Shown here one piece after another: positions 22,473-31,373 of a stretch of 32,000 bases of DNA. The stretch is from assembly GCF_001667015.1 (NCBI RefSeq), contig NZ_LZIS01000243.1, positions 1 through 32,000 on the forward strand, written 5' to 3'. The notes under the pieces are model-generated. The model searched no databases. It was not told where the DNA came from and saw only the letters and a program-made list of their open reading frames with translations. Origin of the DNA: Mycobacterium sp. E3198. Lineage in GTDB: Bacteria; Actinomycetota; Actinomycetes; Mycobacteriales; Mycobacteriaceae. A program made the translations under genes and the position numbers. Each line of letters opens with the position of its first letter. Position 1 is the first letter of the stretch.

Positions 22473-23430
22473 GCCCAGCTTGGAAACCGCGGAGGAAAAC
22501 CCTGGTATCGACCCCATCTTGCAGAAGGTACTGGATGCGGTTCCGTTCCGGCTAACAACTGACGATGGTGTCGAGGCGGCGCGGCAACGGTTTCGCGACC
22601 TGCCCCGGCGCCCGCTGCACCCGGAGCTGAGGGTCGAGGACCGGGCGATACCGGGTCCGGGTGGCCCCCTCGGCGTCCGGATCTATTGGCCCTCCGCCGA
22701 TCCCGGCCCGGCTGCGCCCGTGGTGCTGTTCTTCCACGGCGGCGGCTTCGTGGTGGGCGACCTCGACACCCACGACGGCACCGCCCGCGAGCATGCGGTC
22801 GGCGCCGACGCGGTCGTGGTGTCCGTCGACTACCGGTTGGCGCCGGAGCACCCCTACCCCGCCGCCGTCGAAGACGCTTGGGCCGCAACGCTCTGGGTCG
22901 CCGAGCACGCACCCGAACTCGGGGCAGACGGCACCCGGATGGCGGTCGCCGGCGATTCGGCCGGCGGGACGATCGCCGCGGCGACGGCGCAGCGCGCCCG
23001 CGCCGCCGGCCAAGGCGGGCCGGCGATCGCGTTCCAGCTGCTGTGGTATCCCTCCACGCTCTGGGACCCGTCGCTGCCGTCGTTCACCGAGAACGCCGGC
23101 GCGCCGATCCTCGACGCCAGGGCCGTCGCCGCGTTCTCGCGTTGGTACGCAGGCGAAGTCGACCCGTCGGACCCGCCGCCGGGCATGGCGCCGGGGCGGG
23201 CCGAAAACCTCGGCGGCCTGCCGCCGGCCTACATCGGCGTCGCCGGCCACGACCCGCTGCGCGACGACGGCATCCGCTACGGCGAGCTGCTGGCCGCCGC
23301 GGGCGTGGCGGTCGAGGTGCACAACGCCGACACCCTGGTGCACGGCTACCTCGGCTACGCCGGCGTGGTGCCCGCGGCCACCGCCGCCCAGGAGCGGGGG
23401 CTGGCCGCGCTGCGGGATGCCCTGCATTAA
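22471..23430 (+). CDS. lipI: Hormone-sensitive-lipase family (family IV) esterase/lipase LipI
   Basis: [28 protein letters not shown] matches the remembered Mtb LipI N-terminus. The oxyanion motif HGGGF and the nucleophile motif GDSAGG are present. The protein is 319 aa. Confidence 0.9.
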   Translation: MPSLETAEENPGIDPILQKVLDAVPFRLTTDDGVEAARQRFRDLPRRPLHPELRVEDRAIPGPGGPLGVRIYWPSADPGPAAPVVLFFHGGGFVVGDLDTHDGTAREHAVGADAVVVSVDYRLAPEHPYPAAVEDAWAATLWVAEHAPELGADGTRMAVAGDSAGGTIAAATAQRARAAGQGGPAIAFQLLWYPSTLWDPSLPSFTENAGAPILDARAVAAFSRWYAGEVDPSDPPPGMAPGRAENLGGLPPAYIGVAGHDPLRDDGIRYGELLAAAGVAVEVHNADTLVHGYLGYAGVVPAATAAQERGLAALRDALH

Positions 23431-23455
23431 CGGCCCGGAAGCGTACGGTGAACGG

Positions 23456-24418
23456 ATGATTGAGCCGACCCTCGCCCGACCGAGCATCGATCCGACGCTG
23501 AAGATGCTGGTCGATTCGTTCCCGATGACCTTCAACGCCGCCGACGGTGTCGAGGTCGCGCGCTCGAGGCTGCGGCAGCTCAAGGTGCCCGCGGAACTGC
23601 TTCCCGAGCTGCGCACCGAAGAACGGACGATCGGTCACGGCGAGCTGACCGGCATTCCCGTGCGGATCTATTGGCCGGCCAGCGATCGCGAGGCCCTACC
23701 GGTTGTCGTGTTCTACCACGGCGGCGGCTTCTCGCTCGGCGACCTGGAGACCCACGACCCGCTCGCCCGCGCGCATGCCGCGGGCGCCGAGGCCATCGTG
23801 GTGTCCGTCGACTACCGGCTGGCCCCCGAGCACCCGTTCCCGGCCGGGGTCGACGACTGCTGGGCCGCGCTGCGGTGGGTCGCCGAACACGCCGCCGAGC
23901 TGGGCGGCGACCCGGACCGCATCGCGGTGGCCGGTGACTCGGCCGGCGGCAACCTCGCCGCCGTCATGGCGCAGCTGGCCCGGGACAACGGCGGGCCGGC
24001 GCTGCGGTTCCAGCTGCTGTGGTACCCGACCGTCACCGCGGACCTGTCGCTGCCGTCGCACACCGAGAACGCCTACGCGCCCATCCTGGATCGCGACGTG
24101 ATCGAGGCCTTCCTGTCCTGGTACCTGCCCGACCTCGACATCACCGACCCGAAGGCCCTGCCGACCACCCTGGCCCCGGCCAACGCCGACGATCTGTCCG
24201 GATTGCCACCGGCCTTCATCGGGGTCGCCGAGCACGATCCCCTGCGCGACGACGGGTCGGTCTACGCCGAGCTGCTCAGCGCCGCCGGCGTGCCCGCCGA
24301 ACTGAGCCACGAGCCGAACATGGTGCACGGGTATGCGAGCTTCTCGCTGGTCATACCCGCCGCCGCCGAGGCCACCAACCGCGGGCTCGCGGCGCTGCGC
24401 AACGCGCTGCACGGCTAG
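23456..24418 (+). CDS. lipH: Hormone-sensitive-lipase family carboxylesterase LipH/NlhH
   Basis: The ATG at 23456 gives [26 protein letters not shown]..., close to remembered Mtb LipH. HGGGF and GDSAGG are present. The protein is 320 aa and is a tandem paralogue of the preceding gene. Confidence 0.9.
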   Translation: MIEPTLARPSIDPTLKMLVDSFPMTFNAADGVEVARSRLRQLKVPAELLPELRTEERTIGHGELTGIPVRIYWPASDREALPVVVFYHGGGFSLGDLETHDPLARAHAAGAEAIVVSVDYRLAPEHPFPAGVDDCWAALRWVAEHAAELGGDPDRIAVAGDSAGGNLAAVMAQLARDNGGPALRFQLLWYPTVTADLSLPSHTENAYAPILDRDVIEAFLSWYLPDLDITDPKALPTTLAPANADDLSGLPPAFIGVAEHDPLRDDGSVYAELLSAAGVPAELSHEPNMVHGYASFSLVIPAAAEATNRGLAALRNALHG

Positions 24419-25440
24419 CTCTCCCGCGAATACGCGCTGGGCGCAACGCCATACCAGCGCTTGAACGCGTGCGAGAACGTCGAGACCTCGGTGTAGCCGA
24501 GCCGGGTGGACACCTCCTCCACGGTCAGCCCGACGTTGCGCAGCAAGTCGACCGCCACGGTGGATCGCGCCTCGTTGAGTAGGGCCCGAAACGACGTGCC
24601 CTCCTCGCCGAGCCGCCGGCGCAGCGTTCGCGGATGGACATCGAGTTCGTCGGCGACGTCGGAAAGCGTTGGGAACAAACCGGAACCGCGGAACAGCTTG
24701 CTGCGCACCAGCGCGGTGATGCCCCGGCGGCTCTCGCTGCTCTGCATCAGCACGTCGCATTGGGCCATGCACATCTCCAGGGTGTGGCGGTCGGCCTGCG
24801 GCAGCGGCTCGTCGAACATGGCCCGCGGGAAGTGCAACCGGTTGTGCGCCCGGCCGAACCTCACGTCGTGGACCGGCACCAGTTCGAGCAGCGGCCGCAG
24901 CAGTTCCTCGTCGACCGCCAGCTCGGCGGTCACCTCGTCCGCGTACTTTTCGGCCACCGGTAGCGCGAAACTGGCTGTGGTCGCGATGATCCCGGCGATG
25001 TCACGCTCGATGAAAAACCCCCGCACGTCGGCGGGCAGGTGGCTTGCGTCGAGTTCGATCACGCAGTCCTTGGCGGTTTCGAACAGCGTGAGGCGGATGT
25101 GCATGGTGGTCAGCGCGAAGTACCGCATGGCGATCGAGAACAGCTCCCGCAGAGTGCCGCACGACATCACCGCAAACCCGAACAATCCCAGGTGGGTGAG
25201 AGTGGACCGGCTGCCGACGTCCACGCCGATGCCGGCCTGGGACGGAAGCCGCGCCAGCAGCCGGCGCACCGCCTCGATCTCGTCGATGGCGCTGACCATG
25301 GCGTCCGGCTTGTCGAGATCGGCCGGCTCGATCCCGGTGCCGGCCAACACGTCGGCCGTCGAAACCCCGCGTTCGTTGGCGACCTCACACAACACCCGGG
25401 TCGCGTGCACCGGGTGACTCAGCGTCGGGGGATGTCCCAT
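24415..25440 (-). CDS. AraC-family transcriptional regulator (Rv1395-like)
   Basis: The ATG at 25440 gives [12 protein letters not shown]... (341 aa). The C-terminal AraC double HTH is present ([19 protein letters not shown]...[22 protein letters not shown]). The 821-aa ORF-track extension is antisense to cyp132 and was rejected. Confidence 0.9.
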   Translation of the reverse strand: MGHPPTLSHPVHATRVLCEVANERGVSTADVLAGTGIEPADLDKPDAMVSAIDEIEAVRRLLARLPSQAGIGVDVGSRSTLTHLGLFGFAVMSCGTLRELFSIAMRYFALTTMHIRLTLFETAKDCVIELDASHLPADVRGFFIERDIAGIIATTASFALPVAEKYADEVTAELAVDEELLRPLLELVPVHDVRFGRAHNRLHFPRAMFDEPLPQADRHTLEMCMAQCDVLMQSSESRRGITALVRSKLFRGSGLFPTLSDVADELDVHPRTLRRRLGEEGTSFRALLNEARSTVAVDLLRNVGLTVEEVSTRLGYTEVSTFSHAFKRWYGVAPSAYSRES

Positions 25441-25515
25441 GGCGTGTCCTAAAATCCCAACTCCCTGTCCGATAATCTCATTAATGCGCGGCCGCGTCAT
25501 CCATACAGTGGAGTC
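25441..25515. promoter_or_regulatory. Divergent promoter region, AraC regulator / cyp132
   Basis: This is a 75-nt AT-enriched spacer (cctaaaatcccaactccctgtccgataatctcattaatgcg). In Mtb the orthologous regulator is reported to control cyp132 from the shared intergenic region (established knowledge). No binding site could be defined by eye. Confidence 0.4.
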
Positions 25516-26904
25516 ATGGCGACCCTTTCCGCCGAGCGGCCCCCGACCGGACCCGCCACACGCCTGGGCTTCTGGACGATGACGCGCGACGCCCTCACCG
25601 TCGGATTCGATGTGGGCGATGGACTCATGAGCCGGATACGCGGCAGCGATATCGCCCGATTCCGTTGCGCGGGGAGGCGTTTCGTGTCGCTGAGCCATCC
25701 CGACTACGTCGACCACGTGCTGCACGAAGCCAGGCTGAAATACGTCAAGTCGAACGAGTACGAGCCCATCCGCGCCACCGTCGGCATCAATTTGCTCACC
25801 GACGAGGGCGACTCCTGGGCCGTCCACCGCGGCACGCTGAACCCGACCTTCGCCCGCCGCCACCTCAACGGAATCGCCGAGAAGATGATCGACCCGATCG
25901 CCGACGTCACCGGCGCGCTGACACCGGACGCGCGGTTCGACATCCACCAGACGATGGTCGAGGCGACCCTGCGCGTGGTCGCCAATTCCCTGTTCAGCCA
26001 GGACTTCGGGCCGCTGGTGCAAAGCATGAACGACCTGGCGACGCGCGGGCTGCGGCACGCCGAGCGCCTGCAGCGACTCGGGCTGTGGGGCCTGATGCCG
26101 CCCCCGGTCTACGACGCGCTGCACTGGCTGGCGTTCTCCGGCGTGCGCCTGCCGCCGCCGCTGCGCGACATGCAGGACATCACGCTGACCCTCGACAGCG
26201 CGGTGAACGCCGTGATCGATGACCGGTTGCTGCACCCGAACGATTCCGCCGATCTGCTCAACGTGTTGCTCCGCGCCGACGGCGGAAGCTGGCCGCGGCA
26301 ACGGATCCGCGACGAGGCTTTGACGTTCATGCTCGCCGGACACGAGACCACCGCGAACGCCATGTCGTGGTTCTGGTACCTGATGGCGCTGCACCCCGGC
26401 TCCCGCGACCGGACGCTCGCCGAGATCGACGACGTGCTGGGCTCCCGCCGTCCCACCGCCGAGGACCTGGGCAGGTTGCCGTGGACCACCGCGTGCCTGC
26501 AGGAGACGCAGCGCTACCTGTCGTCGGTGTGGATCATCTCGCGCCGGGCCATCGACGACGACGTCGTCGGCGGCCATCACATCCGGCGCGGCACCACCGT
26601 CCTCATCCCGATCCATCACATCCACCACGACCCGCGCTGGTGGCCCGACCCGGAAACCTTCGACCCCAACCGGTTCTGCCGGCCGGACAAGGACCGCCCG
26701 CGCTCGGCATACCTGCCATTCGGGGGCGGCCGGCGCATCTGCATCGGCCAGAGCTTCGCCCTGATGGAGATGGTGCTGATAGCCGCGATCATGAGTCAGC
26801 GCTTCACCTTTGACCTTGCCCCCGGCCATGAGATAGAACTCGAGGCGACGATGACCCTGCGGCCCAAGCACGGGGTGCACGTGGTGGGAAGCAGGCGCAC
26901 ATGA
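25516..26904 (+). CDS. cyp132: Cytochrome P450 CYP132
   Basis: The protein is 462 aa. It has the heme-thiolate motif [13 protein letters not shown], the I-helix AGHETT and the ExxR motif (ETQR). Its position is divergent from the AraC gene, as for Rv1394c. Confidence 0.92.
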   Translation: MATLSAERPPTGPATRLGFWTMTRDALTVGFDVGDGLMSRIRGSDIARFRCAGRRFVSLSHPDYVDHVLHEARLKYVKSNEYEPIRATVGINLLTDEGDSWAVHRGTLNPTFARRHLNGIAEKMIDPIADVTGALTPDARFDIHQTMVEATLRVVANSLFSQDFGPLVQSMNDLATRGLRHAERLQRLGLWGLMPPPVYDALHWLAFSGVRLPPPLRDMQDITLTLDSAVNAVIDDRLLHPNDSADLLNVLLRADGGSWPRQRIRDEALTFMLAGHETTANAMSWFWYLMALHPGSRDRTLAEIDDVLGSRRPTAEDLGRLPWTTACLQETQRYLSSVWIISRRAIDDDVVGGHHIRRGTTVLIPIHHIHHDPRWWPDPETFDPNRFCRPDKDRPRSAYLPFGGGRRICIGQSFALMEMVLIAAIMSQRFTFDLAPGHEIELEATMTLRPKHGVHVVGSRRT

Positions 26905-28379
26905 AACCCGATTACGACACCCTGATCGTGGGCGGCGGATTCTCCGGCATCGGCGCCGCGATCAAGCTCGACAAGGCCGGGCTGTCCAACTACCTCGTCC
27001 TCGAGGCTGGCGACGGGGTCGGCGGAACGTGGCACTGGAACACGTATCCCGGTATCGCCGTGGACATTCCGTCGTTCTCCTATCAATTCTCCTTCGAACA
27101 GAGCCCCCGCTGGTCGCGGACCTACGCACCCGGCCGCGAGCTCAAGTCCTACGCCGAACACTGCGTCGACAAGTACGGCCTCCGCTGGCGGATCCGGTTC
27201 CACACCAAGGTGCTGTCCGCCGAGTTCGACGACGAACACGACCTGTGGCGGGTGCAGACCGATCCCGGCGGACAACTCACCGCCCGGTTCCTGATCAACG
27301 CCAGCGGCGTGCTGACCGTGCCGAAGCTGCCGGACATCGACGGCGTCGACTCCTTCGCCGGCACCACCATGCACACGGCGCGGTGGGACCACACCGTGGA
27401 CCTGACCGGCAAGCGCGTCGCGATCATCGGCACCGGCGCCTCGGCCGTGCAGGTGATCCCCGAGATCGCGCCGATCGTCTCCCACCTCACGGTGTTTCAG
27501 CGCACCCCGATCTGGTGCTTCCCGAAATTCGACGTGCCGCTGCCGGTGCCGGTCCGCTGGGCGATGCGCGTCCCCGGCAGCAAGGTCGTGCAGCGAGTGC
27601 TCAGCCAGGTCTTCGTCGAGCTGACCTTTTCGCTGGCCGCGCAGTACTTCACGGTGTTCCCGCTGGCCAAGCGGATGCGCACGGCCGGGCTCGCCTACCT
27701 GCGAAAGCAGGTCACCGACCCGGCGGTCCGCGAGCAACTCACCCCCCGCTACGCCGTGGGCTGCAAGCGGCCCGGCTTTCACAACGAGTACCTGGCCACC
27801 TTCAACCGCGACAACGTGCGGCTGGTCACCGAGCCGATCGACAAGGTCACCCCGTCCGCGGTCGCCACGACCGATGGCGAGGCCCACGAGGTCGACGTGC
27901 TGATCCTGGCCACCGGCTTCAAGGTGATGGACACCGACAATGTCCCGACCTTCTCCGTGACCGGCAGCGGCGGCAAGTCGTTGAGCCGGTTCTGGGACGA
28001 GCACCGGCTGCAGGCCTACGAGGGCGTCAGCGTCCCCGGATTTCCCAACATGTTCAGTGTGTTCGGCCCCTACGGGTACGTCGGCTCTTCGTATTTCGCG
28101 CTGATCGAGACCCAGACACACCACATCGTGCGGTGCCTCAGGCGGGCCCGGCGCGACGGCGCGACCCGCGTCGAGGTGACCGAGGGTGCCAACGAGCGCT
28201 ACTTCGCCGAGATGATGCGCAAGCGGCACCGGCAGATCTTCTGGCAGGACAGCTGCAAACTGGCCAACAGCTACTACTTCGACAAGAACGGCGACGTGCC
28301 GCTACGCCCGGCGACCACACTGGAGACCTACTGGCGCAGCCGGCGGTTCGACCTCGACGACTACCGCTTCACCGCCTGA
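26901..28379 (+). CDS. Type I Baeyer-Villiger / flavin-containing monooxygenase (Rv1393c-like)
   Basis: The FAD fold GGGFSGIG is present. The BVMO fingerprint [12 protein letters not shown] (FxGxxxHxxxW[P/D]) lies at 27354-27389. A second Rossmann motif GTGASA follows. The protein is 492 aa, and its ATG overlaps the cyp132 stop (ATGA). Confidence 0.9.
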   Translation: MKPDYDTLIVGGGFSGIGAAIKLDKAGLSNYLVLEAGDGVGGTWHWNTYPGIAVDIPSFSYQFSFEQSPRWSRTYAPGRELKSYAEHCVDKYGLRWRIRFHTKVLSAEFDDEHDLWRVQTDPGGQLTARFLINASGVLTVPKLPDIDGVDSFAGTTMHTARWDHTVDLTGKRVAIIGTGASAVQVIPEIAPIVSHLTVFQRTPIWCFPKFDVPLPVPVRWAMRVPGSKVVQRVLSQVFVELTFSLAAQYFTVFPLAKRMRTAGLAYLRKQVTDPAVREQLTPRYAVGCKRPGFHNEYLATFNRDNVRLVTEPIDKVTPSAVATTDGEAHEVDVLILATGFKVMDTDNVPTFSVTGSGGKSLSRFWDEHRLQAYEGVSVPGFPNMFSVFGPYGYVGSSYFALIETQTHHIVRCLRRARRDGATRVEVTEGANERYFAEMMRKRHRQIFWQDSCKLANSYYFDKNGDVPLRPATTLETYWRSRRFDLDDYRFTA

Positions 28380-28389
28380 GAGATCGAGA

Positions 28390-30012
28390 TCATTTGCGCC
28401 CCTGCAAAATTCCCTCGATGTTGCGTTCCGCCAGCGCGGTGATCGACATGAACGGGTTGCAGCCCAGATAGCCGGGGAGCAGCGACGCGTCGTTGACGTA
28501 AAGCTTGTCGTAGCCCTTCACCCGGCCGTAGCCGTCCGTGGCCCTGCCCCTGACCACGCCGCCCATCGGGTGAACGGTGTTGGGCGCGAACGCCGTTCCC
28601 TCGAAGAGGTCGTCGCGGTAGTCCACGCCGTTGGCCTGCGTCACCTTGTCGAAGACGAGCTGGGCCCTCTCGCGCAGGTGATCCGTGTGGCCGTCCGGCC
28701 ATTCGATGGCGATCGAGTCCTTGGTGCGGTCGTAGCCGATGTTCGCGCGGTCGCCGGTGCGCACCATCACGTAGTAGCCCAACGCGAGCGTCTCCACCGG
28801 CAGGGGAAGCGAGAACATGCTGGCGTACACCGGGTTGTCGGGATCGTCCCTACCGTCGAGGTTGATCATGCCCAGCAGCGACTGCTGGGTGCCCGCCGGA
28901 TCGCCGGGCGCCAGCATGTGGGAGACCATGATGTCCCCGTTGTTGCCGTACCCGCGGCCGATCTCATCGCTCAGGTGGGGCAGCGTCCCCGTCTCGCGGG
29001 CCCGCAGCAGGATCTCGTTCGTGCCGAGCACTCCGGCACTGAGATACAGTTCGTCGCAACCGATTTCGGACCGGGTGAGCACCTTGCCGAACCGGTCGAT
29101 CTCCAGCGTCGACACCACGTATTCGCCGGAGGGCTCACGCCGGACGCCGGTCACCTCGGTGAGCGGCTTGAGGGTGACCTTTCCGGTCGCCAGCGCCGCC
29201 GCGATGTAGGTCGCATCGACGCTGCCGAACCTGCCGTAGTTGTTGCCGTACTGCTGTTCGAAGTTCAACGCCGAGCGCGGAACCAGTCCCGCCTCTTCCC
29301 GTTGCATGTAGTCGAACGAATAGGCGCTGCCGTTGTAGTCGACCCGGTAACCGGCCGCCTCCGCGTACTGCCGGCCCACCCTGGCGTATTGGAACCACGG
29401 CGTGCTTTCGAACCAGTCCATGTCGCGGTAGCTGATCCGCAGCATGGCTTTGGCGCGTTCGATGTAGGTCCCCAGGAAGGCGTCGGGATCGATGTCGGGG
29501 AAGGCGGTTCGGACCTGATCCGGGGTGGGGATGGCCGCGATCGCGGCGTTGACCATCGATCCCCCGCCGACGGCCGTGCCGCGGAACACCGCGTGCGCGC
29601 CGTGCACAATCCGCTCGCAGATCCCGGCCTGCACCGGCTGGGGCGAAGGCGAGTGCCTGGCCACCTGCGCGATCGACACGCCGCGATACGACGGCACCAG
29701 GCTCGGCGGGACGGACGTGAACCACCCGGCGCGGTTGTCCGCGGGCACCATCCGCGAGAAGCGCTTGCCGTCCGCGTCGGCGCTGTTGAACCACCTGCCC
29801 TTTTCCAGGATCAGCGTCTCGATGCCGGCCTGGCCGAGCCGCAACGCCGACACTCCGCCGCCGTACCCGCTGCCGACCACGATGGCCCGGTAGTGCGGGC
29901 GCAGGGCGCTCGCGGCGGCTCGCCGCGTTCCCAGTTGAGCGACGCCGGCGCCGAGGGCGCCCGCGGCGACACCCGCGGTGGCACCCAGAAAGCGTCTCCG
30001 CGAGAAAGCCAT
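28390..30012 (-). CDS. Tat-signal GMC-type flavoprotein oxidase, class I cholesterol oxidase (Streptomyces ChoA-like) homologue
   Basis: The protein is 540 aa. The N-terminus MAFSRRRFLGATAG carries a twin-arginine motif, with AxA (ASA) near residue 36. The FAD fold is IVVGSGYGGGVSALRLG. Long collinear matches to remembered Streptomyces ChoA include YMQREEAGLVPRSAL, YGNN, TYIAAALATGKVT, VHPMGG and NPFMSITALAERN. A GGAGG SD lies 6 nt upstream of the ATG. Confidence 0.85.
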   Translation of the reverse strand: MAFSRRRFLGATAGVAAGALGAGVAQLGTRRAAASALRPHYRAIVVGSGYGGGVSALRLGQAGIETLILEKGRWFNSADADGKRFSRMVPADNRAGWFTSVPPSLVPSYRGVSIAQVARHSPSPQPVQAGICERIVHGAHAVFRGTAVGGGSMVNAAIAAIPTPDQVRTAFPDIDPDAFLGTYIERAKAMLRISYRDMDWFESTPWFQYARVGRQYAEAAGYRVDYNGSAYSFDYMQREEAGLVPRSALNFEQQYGNNYGRFGSVDATYIAAALATGKVTLKPLTEVTGVRREPSGEYVVSTLEIDRFGKVLTRSEIGCDELYLSAGVLGTNEILLRARETGTLPHLSDEIGRGYGNNGDIMVSHMLAPGDPAGTQQSLLGMINLDGRDDPDNPVYASMFSLPLPVETLALGYYVMVRTGDRANIGYDRTKDSIAIEWPDGHTDHLRERAQLVFDKVTQANGVDYRDDLFEGTAFAPNTVHPMGGVVRGRATDGYGRVKGYDKLYVNDASLLPGYLGCNPFMSITALAERNIEGILQGRK

Positions 30013-30170
30013 GCCCTGCCTCCGGTCCGAGCAGACTGTGATTTAACTAACCACGTACTAAGCATACCTGAAGTATGCGAAATGCGCTATCGTGTGTAGG
30101 CATGACAGGTGACCGGCTGTCAATTCGACCGTCAGAATGTTATGGGACGCGTGTGCCACTTTTGTCCCGG
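30013..30170. promoter_or_regulatory. Divergent promoter/operator region between the oxidase gene and alkB
   Basis: The core is AT-rich (gtgatttaactaaccacgtactaagcatacctgaagtatgcgaaatgcgctatcg). A perfect palindrome GCATAC-N5-GTATGC lies at 30062-30078. Confidence 0.35.
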
Positions 30171-31373
30171 ATGGGGGCCGCCCGCCGACCGAGGGCCTCC
30201 GCCGAGCGCTGGAAGCGGCCCAAGAAATACCTCTGGCTGCTGGCCGCGGCCGTGCCGGCGCTGATCTTCCCCTGCTGGGCGGGGGCGCAGCACCTCGGTT
30301 TCGGCGTGTTCTGGTGGGGCGTCCCCATCCTGGCGTTCGTGATCATTCCCGTCGTGGACCACCTGATGGGCCCCGACGTCACCGACAACCCCGACGAGAG
30401 CGTCCTTGCCTGGCTGGAAACCAACTCGTTCTACCGCTGGGCCACCTACCTGTACCTCCCCAACCAGTACCTGTCGCTGGTATTCGCCTGCTGGGTGTGG
30501 AGCGGCGGCGGTTGGGTCGCCATGGGTTTCGCCGAAAAGCTCGGACTGATGGCCACGGTGGGACTGGTCGGCGGCCTGGCCATCAACGCCGCGCACGAAT
30601 TGGGGCACACCCGGGTCCGGGCGGAACGACGCCTCAGCAAGGTGGCGCTCGCCCAGACCTGCTACGGGCACTTTTACGTCGAGCACAACCGCGGGCACCA
30701 CGTCCGTGTCGCGACCCCCGAGGACCCGGCCAGCGCGCGGCTGGGCGAGAACCTCTACGCGTTCATCCCGCGGTCGGTGCTCGGCGGGCTGCGCTCGGCC
30801 TGGCGGCTCGAGGCCGACCGACTGGCCGCCACGGGTAAAACCCGCTGGTCGCTGCGCAACGACATCCTCAACGCGTGGCTGCTGAGCGTCGCCCTGTTCA
30901 CCGTACTTTCGGTATGGTTCGGCCTTGTCGTCCTACCGTGGCTGATCGGCCAGGCGATCGTGGGCTTTTGCCTGCTGGAGACCGTCAACTACATGGAGCA
31001 CTACGGGCTGCGGCGGCAGCTGCTGCCCAGCGGCCGCTACGAACGCGTCCAGCCCGCGCACAGTTGGAACAGCAGCTCGGTGATCACCAACGTCCTGCTG
31101 TTCCACCTGCAGCGGCATTCCGATCATCACGCCAACCCGCTGCGCCCCTACCAGGTGCTGCGCCACGTCGATGAGGCGCCGCAACTCCCGAGCGGGTACA
31201 GCGCCATGCTGCTGGTGGCGCTGTTCCCGCCGCTGTGGCGGCGGGTGATGGACCCGCGGGTGCTCGCATTCTATGGCGGCGACGTCCGCCGGACCGCGCT
31301 CAAGCCGGCGATGGCCGTCCCCGGCCGGCGCTACGCTTTCAGGCGTGGCCAAGGAGTTTTCGCGGCTCGATGA
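30171..31373 (+). CDS. alkB: Alkane 1-monooxygenase (integral-membrane di-iron AlkB)
   Basis: The His boxes are HELGH (from 30594), EHNRGHH and LQRHSDHHA, plus NYxEHYGL. The protein is collinear with remembered Mtb AlkB. ATG 30171 (MGAARRPRASAERWKRPKKYLW) was chosen by N-terminal alignment. Alternatives are ATG 30102, ATG 30075 and GTG 30153. Confidence 0.88.
   Translation: MGAARRPRASAERWKRPKKYLWLLAAAVPALIFPCWAGAQHLGFGVFWWGVPILAFVIIPVVDHLMGPDVTDNPDESVLAWLETNSFYRWATYLYLPNQYLSLVFACWVWSGGGWVAMGFAEKLGLMATVGLVGGLAINAAHELGHTRVRAERRLSKVALAQTCYGHFYVEHNRGHHVRVATPEDPASARLGENLYAFIPRSVLGGLRSAWRLEADRLAATGKTRWSLRNDILNAWLLSVALFTVLSVWFGLVVLPWLIGQAIVGFCLLETVNYMEHYGLRRQLLPSGRYERVQPAHSWNSSSVITNVLLFHLQRHSDHHANPLRPYQVLRHVDEAPQLPSGYSAMLLVALFPPLWRRVMDPRVLAFYGGDVRRTALKPAMAVPGRRYAFRRGQGVFAAR

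Noticed and set aside
25441-26880. Upstream extension of the AraC ORF to 821 aa.
   Set aside because: The extension is antisense to the well-supported cyp132 CDS and has no domain features. The AraC family length (about 340 aa) and the N-terminal alignment fit the ATG at 25440.
30013-30170. KstR/KstR2 sterol-regulon operator upstream of the cholesterol-oxidase-like gene.
   Set aside because: No match was found to TnnAACnnGTTnnA or AnCAAGnnCTTGnT. The only palindrome present (GCATAC-N5-GTATGC) has a different sequence.
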